The position numbers were made by a program, and so were the translations under genes. Below are positions 11,796 through 25,816 of a stretch of 64,000 nucleotides of DNA, piece by piece (position 1 is the stretch's first letter; each line of letters opens with the position of its first letter). The notes under the pieces were generated by a model. That model was not told where the DNA came from. It saw only the letters and a program-made list of their open reading frames with translations, and did not search any database. Source of the DNA: Octopus bimaculoides (Eukaryota); assembly GCF_001194135.2 (NCBI RefSeq), contig NC_068990.1:15149208-15213207 (forward strand), in the 5' to 3' direction.

Positions 11796-13429
11796 TACTT
11801 GTTCTACAGTATTTGCAACAAATTGGAGTCAGTCTGAACATAACTAAGATAAATATGGTGTTTGTGAAAATTTTACAAGTAGAATATGGAAAAAGAAATT
11901 GCAACATTCTAGTCATTCCATTGGATTTGTAAGTAGTTAGAACTATATAGCAAGGACATATACATATTGGTTTCAAATTTAAGCACAAGGCCAGCAATTT
12001 GAGAGAAGGGGGTAAGTTGATTACATCGAGCCCCCTGCTCATCAGGTACTTATTTTATTGAACTTACAATGATGAAAGGCAAAGGTGACCTCAACGGAAT
12101 TTGAACTCAAAACAAAGATTGATGAAATGTCACTAAGCGTTTTGCCTGGCGTGCTAACAATTCCGCCTGCTTACAACCTAATAGCAAGGATATATATATT
12201 ATCATTATATAATAATTCTGTTTGTCATTCCGTTACTTAGCCCATCAGTAACACTTTCACATGATTAGAAAAAAAGAGGGAGAAAGAAAAAGAGGGAGAG
12301 AGAAGAGTCCATGACATGAGGTAGAGGGAATGTAATTACTCTTTTCCTTGTTTCAGTCATTTGACCGTAGCCGTGCTGGAGCACCGCCTTTAGTTGAGCA
12401 AATCGACCCTGGGACTTATTCTTTGTAAGCCTAGTACTTATTCAACCGGTCTCTTTTGCCGAACCGCTAAGTTACAGGGACGTAAACACACCAGCATCGG
12501 TTGTCAAGCGATGTTGGGGGGGGGGGAGGACAAACATATACACACACATACATACATATATATATATATACGACGGGCTTCTTTCAGTTTCCATCTACCA
12601 AATCCACTCGCAAGGCTTTGGTCAGACTGAGGCTATAGTAGAAGACACTTGCCCAAGGTACCAAGCAGTGGGACTGAACCCAGAACCATGTGGTTGGTAA
12701 GCAAGCTACTTACCACACAGCCATTCCTATGCTGTAATGCTTTCGAGTGATTAGTTGTAAAGAAAGTGAGGAGAAAGAAAAAGGAGAGAGAAGATGAAGA
12801 TAAGGCGAAGAGTGAGACAGAAAGCGAGAGAAAAAAGGGAGAGAGAGAAGTGTCCATGACATGAGGTAGGGCAGACATATTTATTATGTGGCGAAAGAAG
12901 TTAGTCGAAGGTAGTGATGATATAGAAGAGGAAAGTTAAAAATATAAATTTAGCAGAGGGGGGATGTTCTGATAGTGAAGTTAAAGAAAGGCAGAGAGGG
13001 GAGAGGAGAGAGAAAGAGAGGGAGGGACAGATGGTGATGGTGGTGGAGATGAAGGTGGTGCTGATAGGACAGCAAAAAGTGTATTTTAAAAAAAAACTGA
13101 GTTAAGTTTTTTATATTACCTATCAGGTAGGGCATGCACATAAGTGCAATTCTGTGAAATATCCACGCTTATTTACATGGCAGATATATGCAAATTAACT
13201 AAAGGTTGTATCATATGTACAGGTTATGTTTTTCTTTTGTTTATGGGGAAAATAGAAAAATAAGAGTGAATAATAGGAAATGGAAGTGGTTCAGAAAGGG
13301 GAGACAACTGAGAAAGCAGTGGGGTGTAGTAAGTGCTTACTCTGCTCTCAAATGAGAGAGGACTGATTGATGTTAGGGGATGGAGTGTGGGGGAGAAAAG
13401 GTAGGCAGGTCAGAGAGAGTGGGAATGGG

Positions 13430-13900
13430 GAAGAGCCCCTCATGGACAAGCATTACCAAGGTGGTTTTAGGATATCAATTCCACAGTGATGGACAAGTCT
13501 TCTGGAGTACAGCAAGGTGCCAGATATCTTGGTCCTTCATCATCTCCTTCGTAAGGCTCAGCGTTTTGACATCGGCCTTCAATATTATATGCCATGTCTT
13601 CCTAATCACCCTCTTCTACAAGTTCCATCCACTTTAAGTGATCAGCACTTCTCTATGCAACCGACTACATCCATACACATCACATCACCAAACCAGCACA
13701 GTCTTCTCTCTTGCACACTGCATGTAATACCTCTTACACCTAACTTTTCTCTCAATACACCAGCACTTTGTTGCATATGTACACAAACATTGCACATCAT
13801 CATTTTACTTATTTTCTCATGCTGTCATGGGATGGACATGTCACAGACTGAACCCACCCCCATCCTAAGATTCTGCCCTCCTAGTTTGGCCAGCAATCAT
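13430..13900 (-). mobile_element. RTE-type LINE 3' fragment
   Basis: Shares gcacagtcttctctcttgcacac and flanking blocks with 5395-5600 and 27430-27700. Confidence 0.6.
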
Positions 13901-14950
13901 ATGTTCCATTCTAAGCATGCGTATGTGTATGTGCTGCACACTTACATCATTATTTGGCATATTTTAAGGTGGTGAGTTGGCACAATCATTAACATGTCAG
14001 ACAAAATAATTAGTAGCATTTCTTCTGACTCTTTACATTTTAAGTTCAAATGCCACTGAGGTTAACTTGGCGTTTCATCCTCCCAGGGTCAGATAATATA
14101 AGTAGCACTTGAGCAGTGGGCTTACCCCTTTCCCCTAAAATTGCTGGCCTTGTGTCTTAATCTGAAACCATTATTCTCCATGTTTTTCCATGCTGGCATG
14201 GGTTAGATGGATCATCAAAATCCACATTGTCTTGCACACATAGCAACAGAAAAAAATACTTTCTATTCTATACCACTCCTTATTCGGAGATATTGCTTTT
14301 TCAAAAAAAAGTTTACAAAACCTGTGATGCAGCCTGCTAAATCCATATCTTGTTCACATATTACACTTTGGGCCTTAAGCACAGAGACCTGTTAAATTCA
14401 GGAATTGTAGTTAACACGCCACATTTGACATTTCTTTCTTCATTTTCCATTCCGGATCCCAATCATGCTCCTATCCATTTAATTACCTATCTATCATTCC
14501 ACCCAACACACACATAAACAATCTGTTACATTATCTCATGTAAATGAGATTTTCTTTTTTCTCATACGCGGAATCCATAGAAAATTTCCCCAAACTTGTT
14601 CCTTCCTACTATGAAAAAGCAAGGCAGCTTCTTGCATTCCTCAAAGGCCTTATGAGCAGATAATATAATTCTTGCACAACACACAATATGAATTGCAGTC
14701 AATAACAAATGTAATCTGATTGTATTGTGTAACAAAGCACCACAAACATGGTATTAAGTGCTCTAGTTTCGTGAGTATGTTAAACAAGTATCTTATATAC
14801 AACATTATCAACAGTTAACATGCCTCTTCCCATACTTCCATAAGCTGGGCAGTCCAACAGGAAGTGACAAGACAGAGAGCTGTACCAAACTCCAATGTCT
14901 GCTTTGGCATGGTTTCTATAGCCGGATGCCCTTGCCAATACCAACCATGT

Positions 14951-14982
<32 letters not shown>

Positions 14983-15349
14983 CACAATGAATCCTGGTGA
15001 ATGCTGACAAAAGAGATTTGAAGTACATCAAGTTGACAGATAGGGTCTGAACAACTCTATACATTGTACAATGATGTACACACACACACACAGACACATA
15101 CTTATATACATATAAATACATACTCTTTATTTGTTTCAGTAATTCGACTGTGGCCATGCTAGAGCACCGCCTTTAGTTGAGCAAATCGACCCCAGGACTT
15201 ATTCTTTGTAAGCCTAGTATTTATTGTATCGGTTCTCTTTTGCCAAACCGCTAAGTTACAGGGGACATAAACACACCAGCATTGGTTGTCAAGCGATGTT
15301 GGGGGGGGGGGGGACACAAACATATATACAGACAGATATATAAATCTAA

Positions 15350-17870
15350 AATCTTCATATTGAAACTGGTTAATTGGGTATTTTATCAGGGGATAATTTT
15401 CTAGAAAGGAATTACATTCCAACGTGTTGGTCGAGCCCTTAACAGACTCAGATGTGAGTGTTTTGGTAATGTAGGTATTTAAAAAAACAGTTGTGAGTAT
15501 ATATATATATATATATATAAACAAATATGTATGATATATTTGTGCGTGTACATTTGTAATACATAATAGTTATTGGTGGTGGTGGTGTTGAAGTTAGGGT
15601 GAACTAGGCATTATATAAATATGAGAAAGAGAGAGTGGTAACATTCCTCATGTAATTGTGTGTTTATTAAAATATGACGTATCAAAAACTAATTATCATA
15701 TTTATAGAATTGCACCATCCATATTATCCTAAAAATATGAATATCAGTATCTCTAACATGGATGTGTCTCATGCTAGTAAAGATTTTAAACAAACTTCGA
15801 AGAATAGGAATAAGCATAGGGTAAGTAAGGTTAAATATCCAAATGAGAAAAATGATATACAAAATGAGAAGCAATGCATTACTTCGTTCTTCTTATTGTC
15901 CTCATGGGGTTAGAAATATGAATAATAGAGTAAAAAAAAACAAATGCCTTATATATATATATCTAAGAGGGTTCGCAAATTTGAAAAGTATGATGCATCT
16001 GCTGATACGAATGACATTATTTGGTTTATAATTCCATTCGCTAAGCAAATTAAGAATAATTTGGTTGGGGTCTTATACAAACTTTTTTCTAAACACTTTA
16101 CAAAGGAAAATAGATATTATATTATCAACACTAGGTTTTTCAAAGTTGCCTTTTTTGTATCACATAACTTGTCCCAGATTATATCTTTAATTAACAAAAA
16201 AAAAAAAATCATCTAATTTTTATAATAATTATAACCGTAGAAAATGCGATGGTAATGCTCTTAGAACAAGTGTAAATAAGAAATGTGTACTTGAGTCGTC
16301 TAGTGTACAAGGGGAAACAACCCAAATTAAATCCCATCTCAAACCTCTTGGATACAGGTAACGGCAAATAGTAATCATATCGAATGTAATGATATAAAAC
16401 AGAATATGAGTAGTAATGAAAATATATTTTGTGATTGCAAGGTTAGAAGTAAATGTTTATTTAAAAATTGTGCACAAAAAAAATGTTGTTTACAGATGTA
16501 AAGTGAAATCTGAAGGTAAGAGTTTCTTTCACTTAGGAGTAATGCAAAATTTTATCAAGAGATGTATATCTAATCATATTTACATCTTTAATAATAGGAT
16601 CAAGTCCTCTAGTACCAGTCTCAGCTAATTCATTTGGGACTTGAAAGACAAGAAAAAAATGTTTTTCTGTGGAGTGGAAAATTATAAGCAAGGCTATTGC
16701 TTATAAAATTGGTAATTCTTTTTGCTTTCTATCTTGAAGAGTTATACCAAACCCTATTCTCCAGGCGGCACCTTTGAAATACGAGGATTGAGGCTGGTTT
16801 TTCATGTGTTCACACATGTAAATGGACTCTCAAAAACTACCATTAGATATATTATAAATAAATTATATATCAAAGCTACTAGTACTTTGAATCGGTTGGT
16901 ATTTCATGTTTAGTACACTAACATCTATAACTGTAAAGAATTAAGAATTCTTAATAGATATATAAATACTAAATTTTATATTAAAATATTAATATTTCAC
17001 CATATATATTAGAAAAGGGACTGATTTTTCATGTATTCATACATTTATGGGTGTTCAAAGAAACTATCATTAGATATCTTATTATAAATAATTAATTATA
17101 TGTTAAATCTACTTGAAATATGAATCTGTTGATACTTCACGTCTTATTACACTAGCATCTGTAAATATAAGCATTAAAGAATGCTTAGTAGATATAAAAA
17201 TATTAATTAAATGGTAAAGATGTATACTAAATTTTCTGCACAGGTAACAGTATCATTGCAGTTTGCTATAAATTTAATTAAACACTTTTCTCATAAATAT
17301 GTCAATATTTCATAATATAATTATTAAACTAAGAGGCAAAAAGAATTGATTTTATAGTTGTGGCTTTAGTAATATTAGGTTTTTAAATAAAAATTTTATC
17401 AATTGTATTTTGGTAACATTAAAATTTTCTTTTGCTTATGTAGTTGTATTGACCATAACTATTAAACACAAATTTAGAGGACACATGATAATTAGCAGTT
17501 TTTGATGTCATATTTTTGTTGGCTTCCATATTTTAATAAACACACTATTACATGAGGAATGTTACTGCTCGCTCTTTATATATATATATATTAAAAAAAA
17601 AACACCTAGTTCACTCTAATGGCAACACCACCACCAACAACTATTATGTATTACAAACCCACATGCACAACTATATCATACATATTTGTTATATATATAT
17701 ATATATATATATATTTATTTATATATACTCGTTTTTTTTTTAAATACATACATTACCAAAACGCTCACATCTAAGTCTCTCAAGGGCTCGACCAATGCAT
17801 TGGAACGTAACTCCTTTCTAGGAAATTCTCCCCTGATGAAATACCCAATTAACCAGCTTCAATATGATAA
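15350..17870. repeat. Long inverted repeat pair (15350-15700 and 17485-17870)
   Basis: The reverse complement of the right arm reproduces the left arm, including the TA microsatellite and ggtggtggtg tract. Confidence 0.85.
15960..16745 (+). mobile_element. Penelope-like retroelement remnant (RT thumb, linker, GIY-YIG endonuclease), Naiad-like
   Basis: DIIWFIIPFAKQIKNNL...KHF...NLSQIIS; CDCKVRSKC (CxCx5C); KNVVYRCKV...HLG...KR..SNH...SSTSLS*FIWDLKDK...WKIISKA; frameshifts and stops. Confidence 0.85.
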
Positions 17871-19698
17871 GTTCAAATCAATTTAATTTTTCTAATTGAA
17901 TTGGATATGGAAACGGCTGTAGGGACAAGAATTGCATATATTATCGATTTGAATATCTTTGAATAAACTGATGTCTCTATGTCAATTTCTCCATTTTCTT
18001 TTCTCATTCACAAATATTTTAAGTCCCCATATCCATCAATGCAAAACTAACATATTCAGTTTTTCACTGAACACTGGTATAAACTAAGATGCAAACATCT
18101 CTGAAAGGAGTATAGGTCCTTGGCATGATTTTATATACACATCACACACATATCATCAGATGCTACTCCCGTCTCCAAACAAAGCAATATTTCCTCGCTC
18201 ATAAGCACAAAGACCAGATATGAATTCACAGAATATTACAATCAAATGGTGACATATTTTTGTGAATAGAGACCATTCAGTAAGTGTATATCAAGACAAG
18301 GGAGCAAAAACACAAATACACAGATGTTTCCACTTACCAACATTCCTCACTCACAAGGTTCTGTTGACCCAAGACTAGACTACGAAACACTTGCACAAGG
18401 TGACACATGCAGCAGTCGCAAAATAAACCACACAACCATGCCTGTGCATGCATGCACACATTATCATCACTTAAATGTCTGGGTTGTTAGGAGTTGGATG
18501 GCTTGACAAGATCCAAAGACTGTACAGAGCCCTTAATGTCTGGCTGGCATAATTTTTAGTGGATGCCCTTCCCAATACCAACCACCTTAGTGTATATATA
18601 TATATATATCCATCATTTAACGTCCACTTTCCACGCTAGCATGGGTTGGACCATTTGACTGAGGACTGGTGAAACCGGATGGCAACACCAGCCTCCAATC
18701 TGATTTGGCAGAGTTTCTACAGCTGGATGCCCTTCCTAACGCCAATCTCTTAGAGAGTGTAGTGGGTGCTTTTACGTGTCACCCGCAAGAAGGCCAAACA
18801 CATACACTTACATTATATATAAACACACATATTAGGGGGAACACTGAGGATTCAGTTGCCCAATCAACTGAATAACTTGCTCCTGAATTAGCAAGTAAGA
18901 TGCTCAGCACTACAGACACGTGTACTCTTAATGTAATTTTTTGGCAGCATCAGGATGACACAGTGCACTGAGGCTGTACCCTTTAAGTACAGAAACATGC
19001 TTCAACAGTTTCCATCTGCCCAGTTTGACTCTCAAGATATGGATTAACCCGTATTTATTCACACTGTTTTCAGTCACTCATTCATTATCATGAAGCTTCA
19101 AGATTTTTGATATGTGATTGTTTATGTTTTAGAACGACATTGTAGGATTAGTGAGAGAGCCCTGATATGGTCAGTTTGAACATAAACCAGGCAGAATATT
19201 TGGGCCAGATTTGGCTGATTGAAATGCTACAGAGCTAACCTGAGGCTAGAGAAAAATGACATCTGCCCAATGTGCCATGCAGTGGAACCAAACCAGAGTT
19301 GTAAAATGAATTGGCTATTCTGCTACTCTGCATCCACAGATATAATACATATGGGGAAGAGGGGGCTCAAATATTCTTTTATTCTTTCACTTATTTCAGA
19401 CACCGAACTGCAGCCATACTGGGGCACCACTTAGAAGGGCTTAGTTGAACAAATCAACACTAGTACTTATTTTTAAAACCGATTCTTATTCTGGGGACGT
19501 AAAGAAACACTGGTTGTCAAGCAGTGGTAGGACACATACACATGTGGAAGGCCTCTTTCAGTTTCTGTTAACTCTACTCACAAGGCTTTGGTTGACCTGG
19601 GGCTACAGTAACAGATATGTGCCAAGAATGCCGCACAGTGGGACAACCTGGAACCATGTGGTTGGGAAGCAAACTTCTTACATAGCCACACCTACACA

Positions 19699-19738
<40 letters not shown>

Positions 19739-20290
19739 CATAAAATGTGTATGTGTGTGTTGGGTGTCATGGAGGCAAAGTGGTTGAGTTCCTTTCGAGT
19801 GTTGGGCCTCACAGAAGCAATGACCAAGACTTTTGGCATTATGTTGTGCTTAAGAAGACCCATCAAGCCAAGCAAAATAGCAGTTGTGGCTGATACAGGT
19901 GTCACACAAATGGTACCCACGCTAGTGGCATGTAAAAGCACATATTACACTCAGTGTGGTTGGCATTAGGAAGATTATCCAGCCATAGAAAACCATGCCA
20001 AATCAGACTGGAGTCTAGTGAAGCCTTCCAGGTTACCAGTCCTGGTCAAACCTTCCAACCCTTGCCAGCATAGACAATGGGTGTTAAATAATGATATATA
20101 TATAACACATAAATATATAAAAGTGTTTATGCTACATGATATACATAAGTTATCCCTCCACCTTGCATGAGACAACCTTATCAATGCTGATGACATGATT
20201 AAAATCCACCTTGTACTCATTGTAAAGTTGTAGGTGATAGCAAGTGCATCAAGGCACATGTGCACTTTGCAAAGCCCTTTCAAGCATTGT

Positions 20291-20444
20291 CTAAGATAGC
20301 AAAAACTCTCTGTAAGAACTCATAAGAGTAGAGCAGTCTCCTTGGACTTCACCTGGGGCAATCTCTCTAGTGTCATTAACATGATGAAATGAAACCAAGT
20401 CGACTGGGTTTTCTTGTATGTGCACAAAATGACACCTTAAAAAC
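20291..20444 (-). CDS. Unidentified candidate exon (FLRCHFVHIQENPVDL...SYREFLLS*)
   Basis: Strong ttttctgcttcacag acceptor; open phase-2 frame continuous with the 21110 donor. Confidence 0.3.
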
Positions 20445-21114
20445 CTGTGAAGCAGAAAATCAATGTAAATTGACACAGTAATGGATCATTTGGGGTTGGA
20501 GGAAGGGGTACAACGAAAGTTATGACAAAAGGTTAACATTTGAAATTATTTAAAGAAAAAAAACACAACAAACAAAATTGAATGTATAGACATCAATATA
20601 TAAGTTCCAATTTCAACAGGTTTTACGAATTGATCTGAAGCTGCTCTCCAACACAGAAACTAGGTTATTTGATAGGAAATGAGACAACACAATTAGATAG
20701 TCATGTGATATGTATATGTACACATGAGGCTTGTGTGCATGTATGTATATCTGTAAATGACTTATGCATGTTTGTACCAATGCATGTTTGTCTGCACGTG
20801 CACACAAATTCTCCGATGGCATGTAAATGAAATACTTCAAACTGGATGAAGATGTATTTTGCATTATCTAATCCCTGGAATGTTTTACGTATATTCTTTT
20901 TACAGAATCAGATGTGACTTGTAATTTCTTTACTAGCCATGCCTTTTCAGGTTTTGTGAAGCCCAGTTTCAAATTTTTTTTTTTTGCTGAAGCAGTTAAA
21001 TAACTTGGTAATGAACAAGTGTCCTAATAATCACAGATAAATGTAACCTCGTAATCTGAATATAGCATCTGCAATTTTCTCCTTAACAAAAGCAAGCATA
21101 GATGCTTACTTCTA

Positions 21115-21470
21115 TTAAGACAATGTTAATATTTGCTGTATAACAGATTTTAACACCAATGCACATTTTACTCTTATCTGCTGGAGATCATTATGTCGGT
21201 CTGCTGTACCTATATTTTTATAAAAGAGGTCATAGGAATATTCCACCCAGTAATCTTTCATAATGTCTATGAATATGCCCTCTAGATCTTTGTAACTTCT
21301 TATATTGTGGTCTTCAGATCCATCAATCTTACAGGGTGCATTGTACATTTTGGTCACTACATAATCCCTGCTAAGTAGACAGTGTTGTGATGAGGTTTTT
21401 GGACAGCTGCTTGTGATATAGGTCACATCTTTGGTGCTAATTCCCACAGAATCTGCATCAATTCTTACAT
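21115..21470 (-). CDS. Unidentified candidate coding exon (117 aa, VRIDADSVGISTKD...VIQQILTLS*)
   Basis: gcatag acceptor at 21471-21472, 356 nt open frame, gtaagc donor at 21104-21109; no recognised domain. Confidence 0.4.
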
Positions 21471-21543
21471 CTATGCATGCAAGATATACAGTGTGTATAT
21501 GTATGTATAGAGTATGTATGTAAGCAAATTTTTTTGATTAAAA

Positions 21544-21549
21544 TTTATT
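21544..21549 (-). promoter_or_regulatory. Candidate poly(A) signal (AATAAA) of the RNF gene, implying a ~1.55-kb 3' UTR
   Basis: AATAAA on minus at the end of a long U-rich stretch below the stop; other AATAAA hexamers near 22650-22760 could also be used. Confidence 0.4.
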
Positions 21550-23085
21550 AGACAACAATCCTAATTTTAAATTAGGATAAAAATAATAAAAGCAGTGATT
21601 TTAATTTGTATATACAATGTTCTACTGAAACAGGAAACAAGACATTTGTGAAGCCTTATAATATACAAGTGTACAGTAATTCTCTACAAGTTATGTAGTA
21701 ATAAAAACAACCTCCCCGAAATGAAAAATGAAAAAAGAAAAGGTTTACAAAAGGGTAAAATCACCTGGATAAAATCCATTTGTATTGAACGACCAAAAGG
21801 AACAGGAGAAAAAAAAAAAAAAAAAAAAAAAAAANNNNNNNNNNNNNNNNNNNNNNNNNNNNNNNNNNNNNNNNNNNNNNNNNNNNNNNNNNNNNNNNNN
21901 NNNNNNNNNNNNNNNNNNNNNNNNNNNNNNNNNNNNNNNNNNNNNNNNNNNNNNNNNNNNNNNNNNNNNNNNNNNNNNNNNNNNNNNNNNNNNNNNNNNN
22001 NNNNNNNNNNNNNNNNNNNNNNNNNNNNNNNNNNNNNNNNNNNNNNNNNNNNNNNNNNNNNNNNNNNNNNNNNNNNNNNNNNNNNNNNNNNNNNNNNATA
22101 AATATGGAATGAACAGAATTAAACCTATGATGTAATCTGTTATAACTTTAAAGTATTTTCATGTGGATATATTGCAGTAAAATTAATCATGGATTTAATT
22201 TAAGTATAAACTGACAATAACTAAAAAATAAATTTATCTTTAACAAACTACTTCATTAGATTATCCACACGAAGAAAAAGTTAACATTCAAATAAAAATT
22301 AAAATCTGAGAGACAATTCTGACCCTAAACTTGCATCTTCAAAACAAAAGAAAAAAAAAAAAAACTACAAAACTAGAGAAGAAATGATTTATGGAAGAGC
22401 AATGTTGTATTTGATGCCCCCCAAACTATTTTGAAGACCGATTTAATAGATTTCTAACTACCTTTCATCAATCATGTAAGCTCTGGAGGGTAGATACGTT
22501 TATATACATTGTACATACAAAACGTCATGTTACATCAGATATTCACAACACCAAAGTTTGTTTTTCTCGAGTCATCAATAGAAAATGTCAAGTTTTATTT
22601 GAAGAGATGATTTTTGTCTCAAATCTTTCTCACACTGTAATAGTCTTTATTTTCTTTTATTTCTTCCCTTTCACCATCTAAACTGAAATAAAAAGTTTTC
22701 TTCCTTTTCACTCTTCTCAAATATTAATTACTTAATGAATGCGTCTTGAAATTACATTTATTTTCATGCTAATATATTAATTTTTTTTTTTTAACTATCA
22801 CACACAAGTGCAAGGGTTGGCAATCTCTTATTTCCACATTCATTAAATGAACACGGAAATCCAATGGATTACAATTGACAAATTATACAGTATATTTTTT
22901 TTCTTGATAAGATATGAATGCTTGTGCATGTATAAAGAACTCATTATCTTTTTTTTGTAAACATACATTCATAATTAAATGCATGAATAGGTCCAGGATA
23001 CATAAAAGAGGTTCCAAAAATAAAAGTATTGAAAACAAAATGTTGGAAGGGAAGAAAATCTGAAGTGTGAAATTTAGGGATTTTT

Positions 23086-23178
23086 TCAGCTTAAGTCCAT
23101 AGAGGTCGAAGATGAATAGTGTTTTGCAGTCGTATCTCTTCCATTTAAATCCTTTCGGCAAACTGGACAATTCCCATG
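23086..23178 (-). CDS. RNF115/RNF126: RNF115/126-like last coding exon (HGNCPVCRKDLNGRDTTAKHYSSSTSMDLS*)
   Basis: ctattattgtag acceptor; CPVCR completes the RING; TGA at 23086-23088. Confidence 0.96.
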   Translation of the reverse strand, partial: HGNCPVCRKDLNGRDTTAKHYSSSTSMDLS

Positions 23179-23481
23179 CTACAATAATAGAGAGCACCAT
23201 TACAAAAGAAAAATATGAATACAAATATCGGTAAATATTCTCCAATAGAAAACGTAAAATAAATCCCGATCCAGTTTGAAGTATTTCATTTATAGGCCAT
23301 CGAAGAATTTCACATACACACGTGCATATATAAATATATATGCAAATACACACATATACATGAACATGTATAAAAACATGCATATATACGCATACATACA
23401 CACATCTACATTTATGCACACACTATTACATAAATATACAAACACAAACATACATTTATGAACATATCTATATATACACAA

Positions 23482-23529
<48 letters not shown>

Positions 23530-25778
23530 CTATGCACACACAGTCATGTATATATATATGCTGATGTACTTCGTAGGGTTTTCGAGCGAGATCATTGCCA
23601 GTGACCCTGGACTGGCTTTTGTGCGGGTGGCACATAAAAGACACCATTTCGAGCGTGGCCGTTGCCAGTACCGCCTGACTGGCCTTCGTGCGGGTGACAC
23701 ATAAAAGCACCCACTACACTCTCTGAGTGGTTGGCGTTAGGAAGGGCATCCAGCTGTAGAAACTCTGCCAAATCAGATTGGAGGCTGGTGTTGCCATCCG
23801 GTTTCACCAGTCCTCAGTCAAATCGTCCAACCCATGCTAGCATGGAAAACAGACGTTAAACGATGATGATGATGATGATGATGATATACATACATAAATA
23901 TTCACAAATATATGCACACACTGGATGTTGTTTACCTTGACATGCCACACAAAAGACTTAAGGCAAAACTCTCTGCAATGGGTGTGAAAGATGATCTTTT
24001 TAAGTGGTTGGAATACTTCATTCTCACCTGAAAAGAGGTAGTCACGGTTCTAGGATAGAATTCTTCACTCTAGGAGATGTTATCTGGTGTACCGCAGTGA
24101 TCTTGGCCCCCTTTTGTTTGTTGCATACATTAATGACATAGATGCCAACTTAAAAAATGCCACAGTGCTGAAATATGCAAATGAGATCAGGCTGTACCTT
24201 CTTGAGATAAAAAGGAAAGATCCTGAACATTATAGATCTTTCCTGCAATCGGACCTGGACACAATGCAACAATGGATCATGGCCTGGCAACTCAAGCTGG
24301 CTGTGGACAAGTGTATCACCATGTATTTTGGGAGAAAAAGCCCAGATTCCACATGCTCTCTCCACAACACTAATATCAAGAAGTCTTCTTGTGAATGTAA
24401 CCTGCGCATTACTGTCAGCAGAGTTTAGCACTGGACAAAGCACATCTCTAAAATTGACTTTCGGAAACATTTTTTCCCCACTCAGAGTTGCTGAAGCATG
24501 GAACAAGCTACCTGCATCAGTTGTTAGCTGCCAAGACATTGCATCCTTTAAAACCTCCATGCTTCCTGAAATTCTCCAATACTACACCTGATATCCCCGC
24601 TCCATATGCATGCAAACATATATCATGATTCATACACTGTTCACTTTGCTGACATTTGTACATAATTCTATGTACTATGCATGCACCTTTGATGAGTTGT
24701 AGTGCACCCGAGCACTATACACAATTTCATTATTATATGCTTGTATGTACACATACACATTCTTTTTAATGCCCTCTACCATGTTTCCATAGACCATACA
24801 AAATTCACAGACTTTTTCTGATGGCTGGATGCTCTTCCTCTCATCAACATTCACCTGATTTCAAGAAAGGCAATACTTCCTCGGGTGCTTCTAATGCGAC
24901 CAGCACAGCACGACAGACAGACAGGTTTCCACATAAGATTGCAAACAAATAACACTGCTTGTATGACTACATTTGTTCCCAATTACAATTAACATATAAT
25001 GTCAAGACACAGACACACAAACAATGGGCGTCTCTCAGATTTTAAGTAACAAATCCACTCATGCGGTTTTGGCAGGCTCAAGGTTAAAAAGGGAGAGACA
25101 CTTGCCAAGGGTGGCAGAGAGTGGGACTGAACCCGAAACCATGCGGTTGTGAAGTAAACTTAATCACATAGTTGTGTGTGTGTGTCATGATGATCGTGTA
25201 TATATATACATACACGCACTCACAAGGTGCGCGTACACATGCACATACACAGTACAAGTACACACGCACACAAAGTGCGAGTACATACGCACACAGAGTG
25301 CGAGTACACACGCACACAAAAGTGCAAGTACACATGCACACACTGAGTATACATGCGCACACACTGAGTATACACACGCACACACACACACAAAGTGTGA
25401 GTATATACACACACATATCCACATGAGTACAGATATACACACACAAACATCTATAAATATATACCTTCATACAAATACACATATCCACGCCATTCTCAAT
25501 GTCTTGAAAAATTAAGCCAAAACGATAGTCAAGAGTGAATGCTCAACAGCTCAAATAGTCAACTTGGTGCCATAAATGCTCATGGCTAATTTGGATTGTC
25601 CAATGCATTTTTTTCGTATTATCCATTATCCATTTCAAATGCATCCAAATATTCAATTAAAATGCAACAAACTCTGGGTATTAGTGAAAATTTCATCACC
25701 CTACAACACTTTTGCTTTATAATTTGTGACGCTTTGTCAAGTAGATAAGCATTTTTGAATAAAAGGTGGAAAAAAAAG

Positions 25779-25816
<38 letters not shown>

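Noticed and set aside
11810-11927. Plus-strand exon-like segment (ctacag acceptor, gtaagt donor, YLQQIGVSL...)
   Set aside because: The acceptor is supplied by a SINE tail, and no partner exons or recognisable protein were found.
17825-17865. CTGATGA motif in the right inverted arm as a hammerhead
   Set aside because: No GAAA follows on the same strand and no stem I or III pairing was found.
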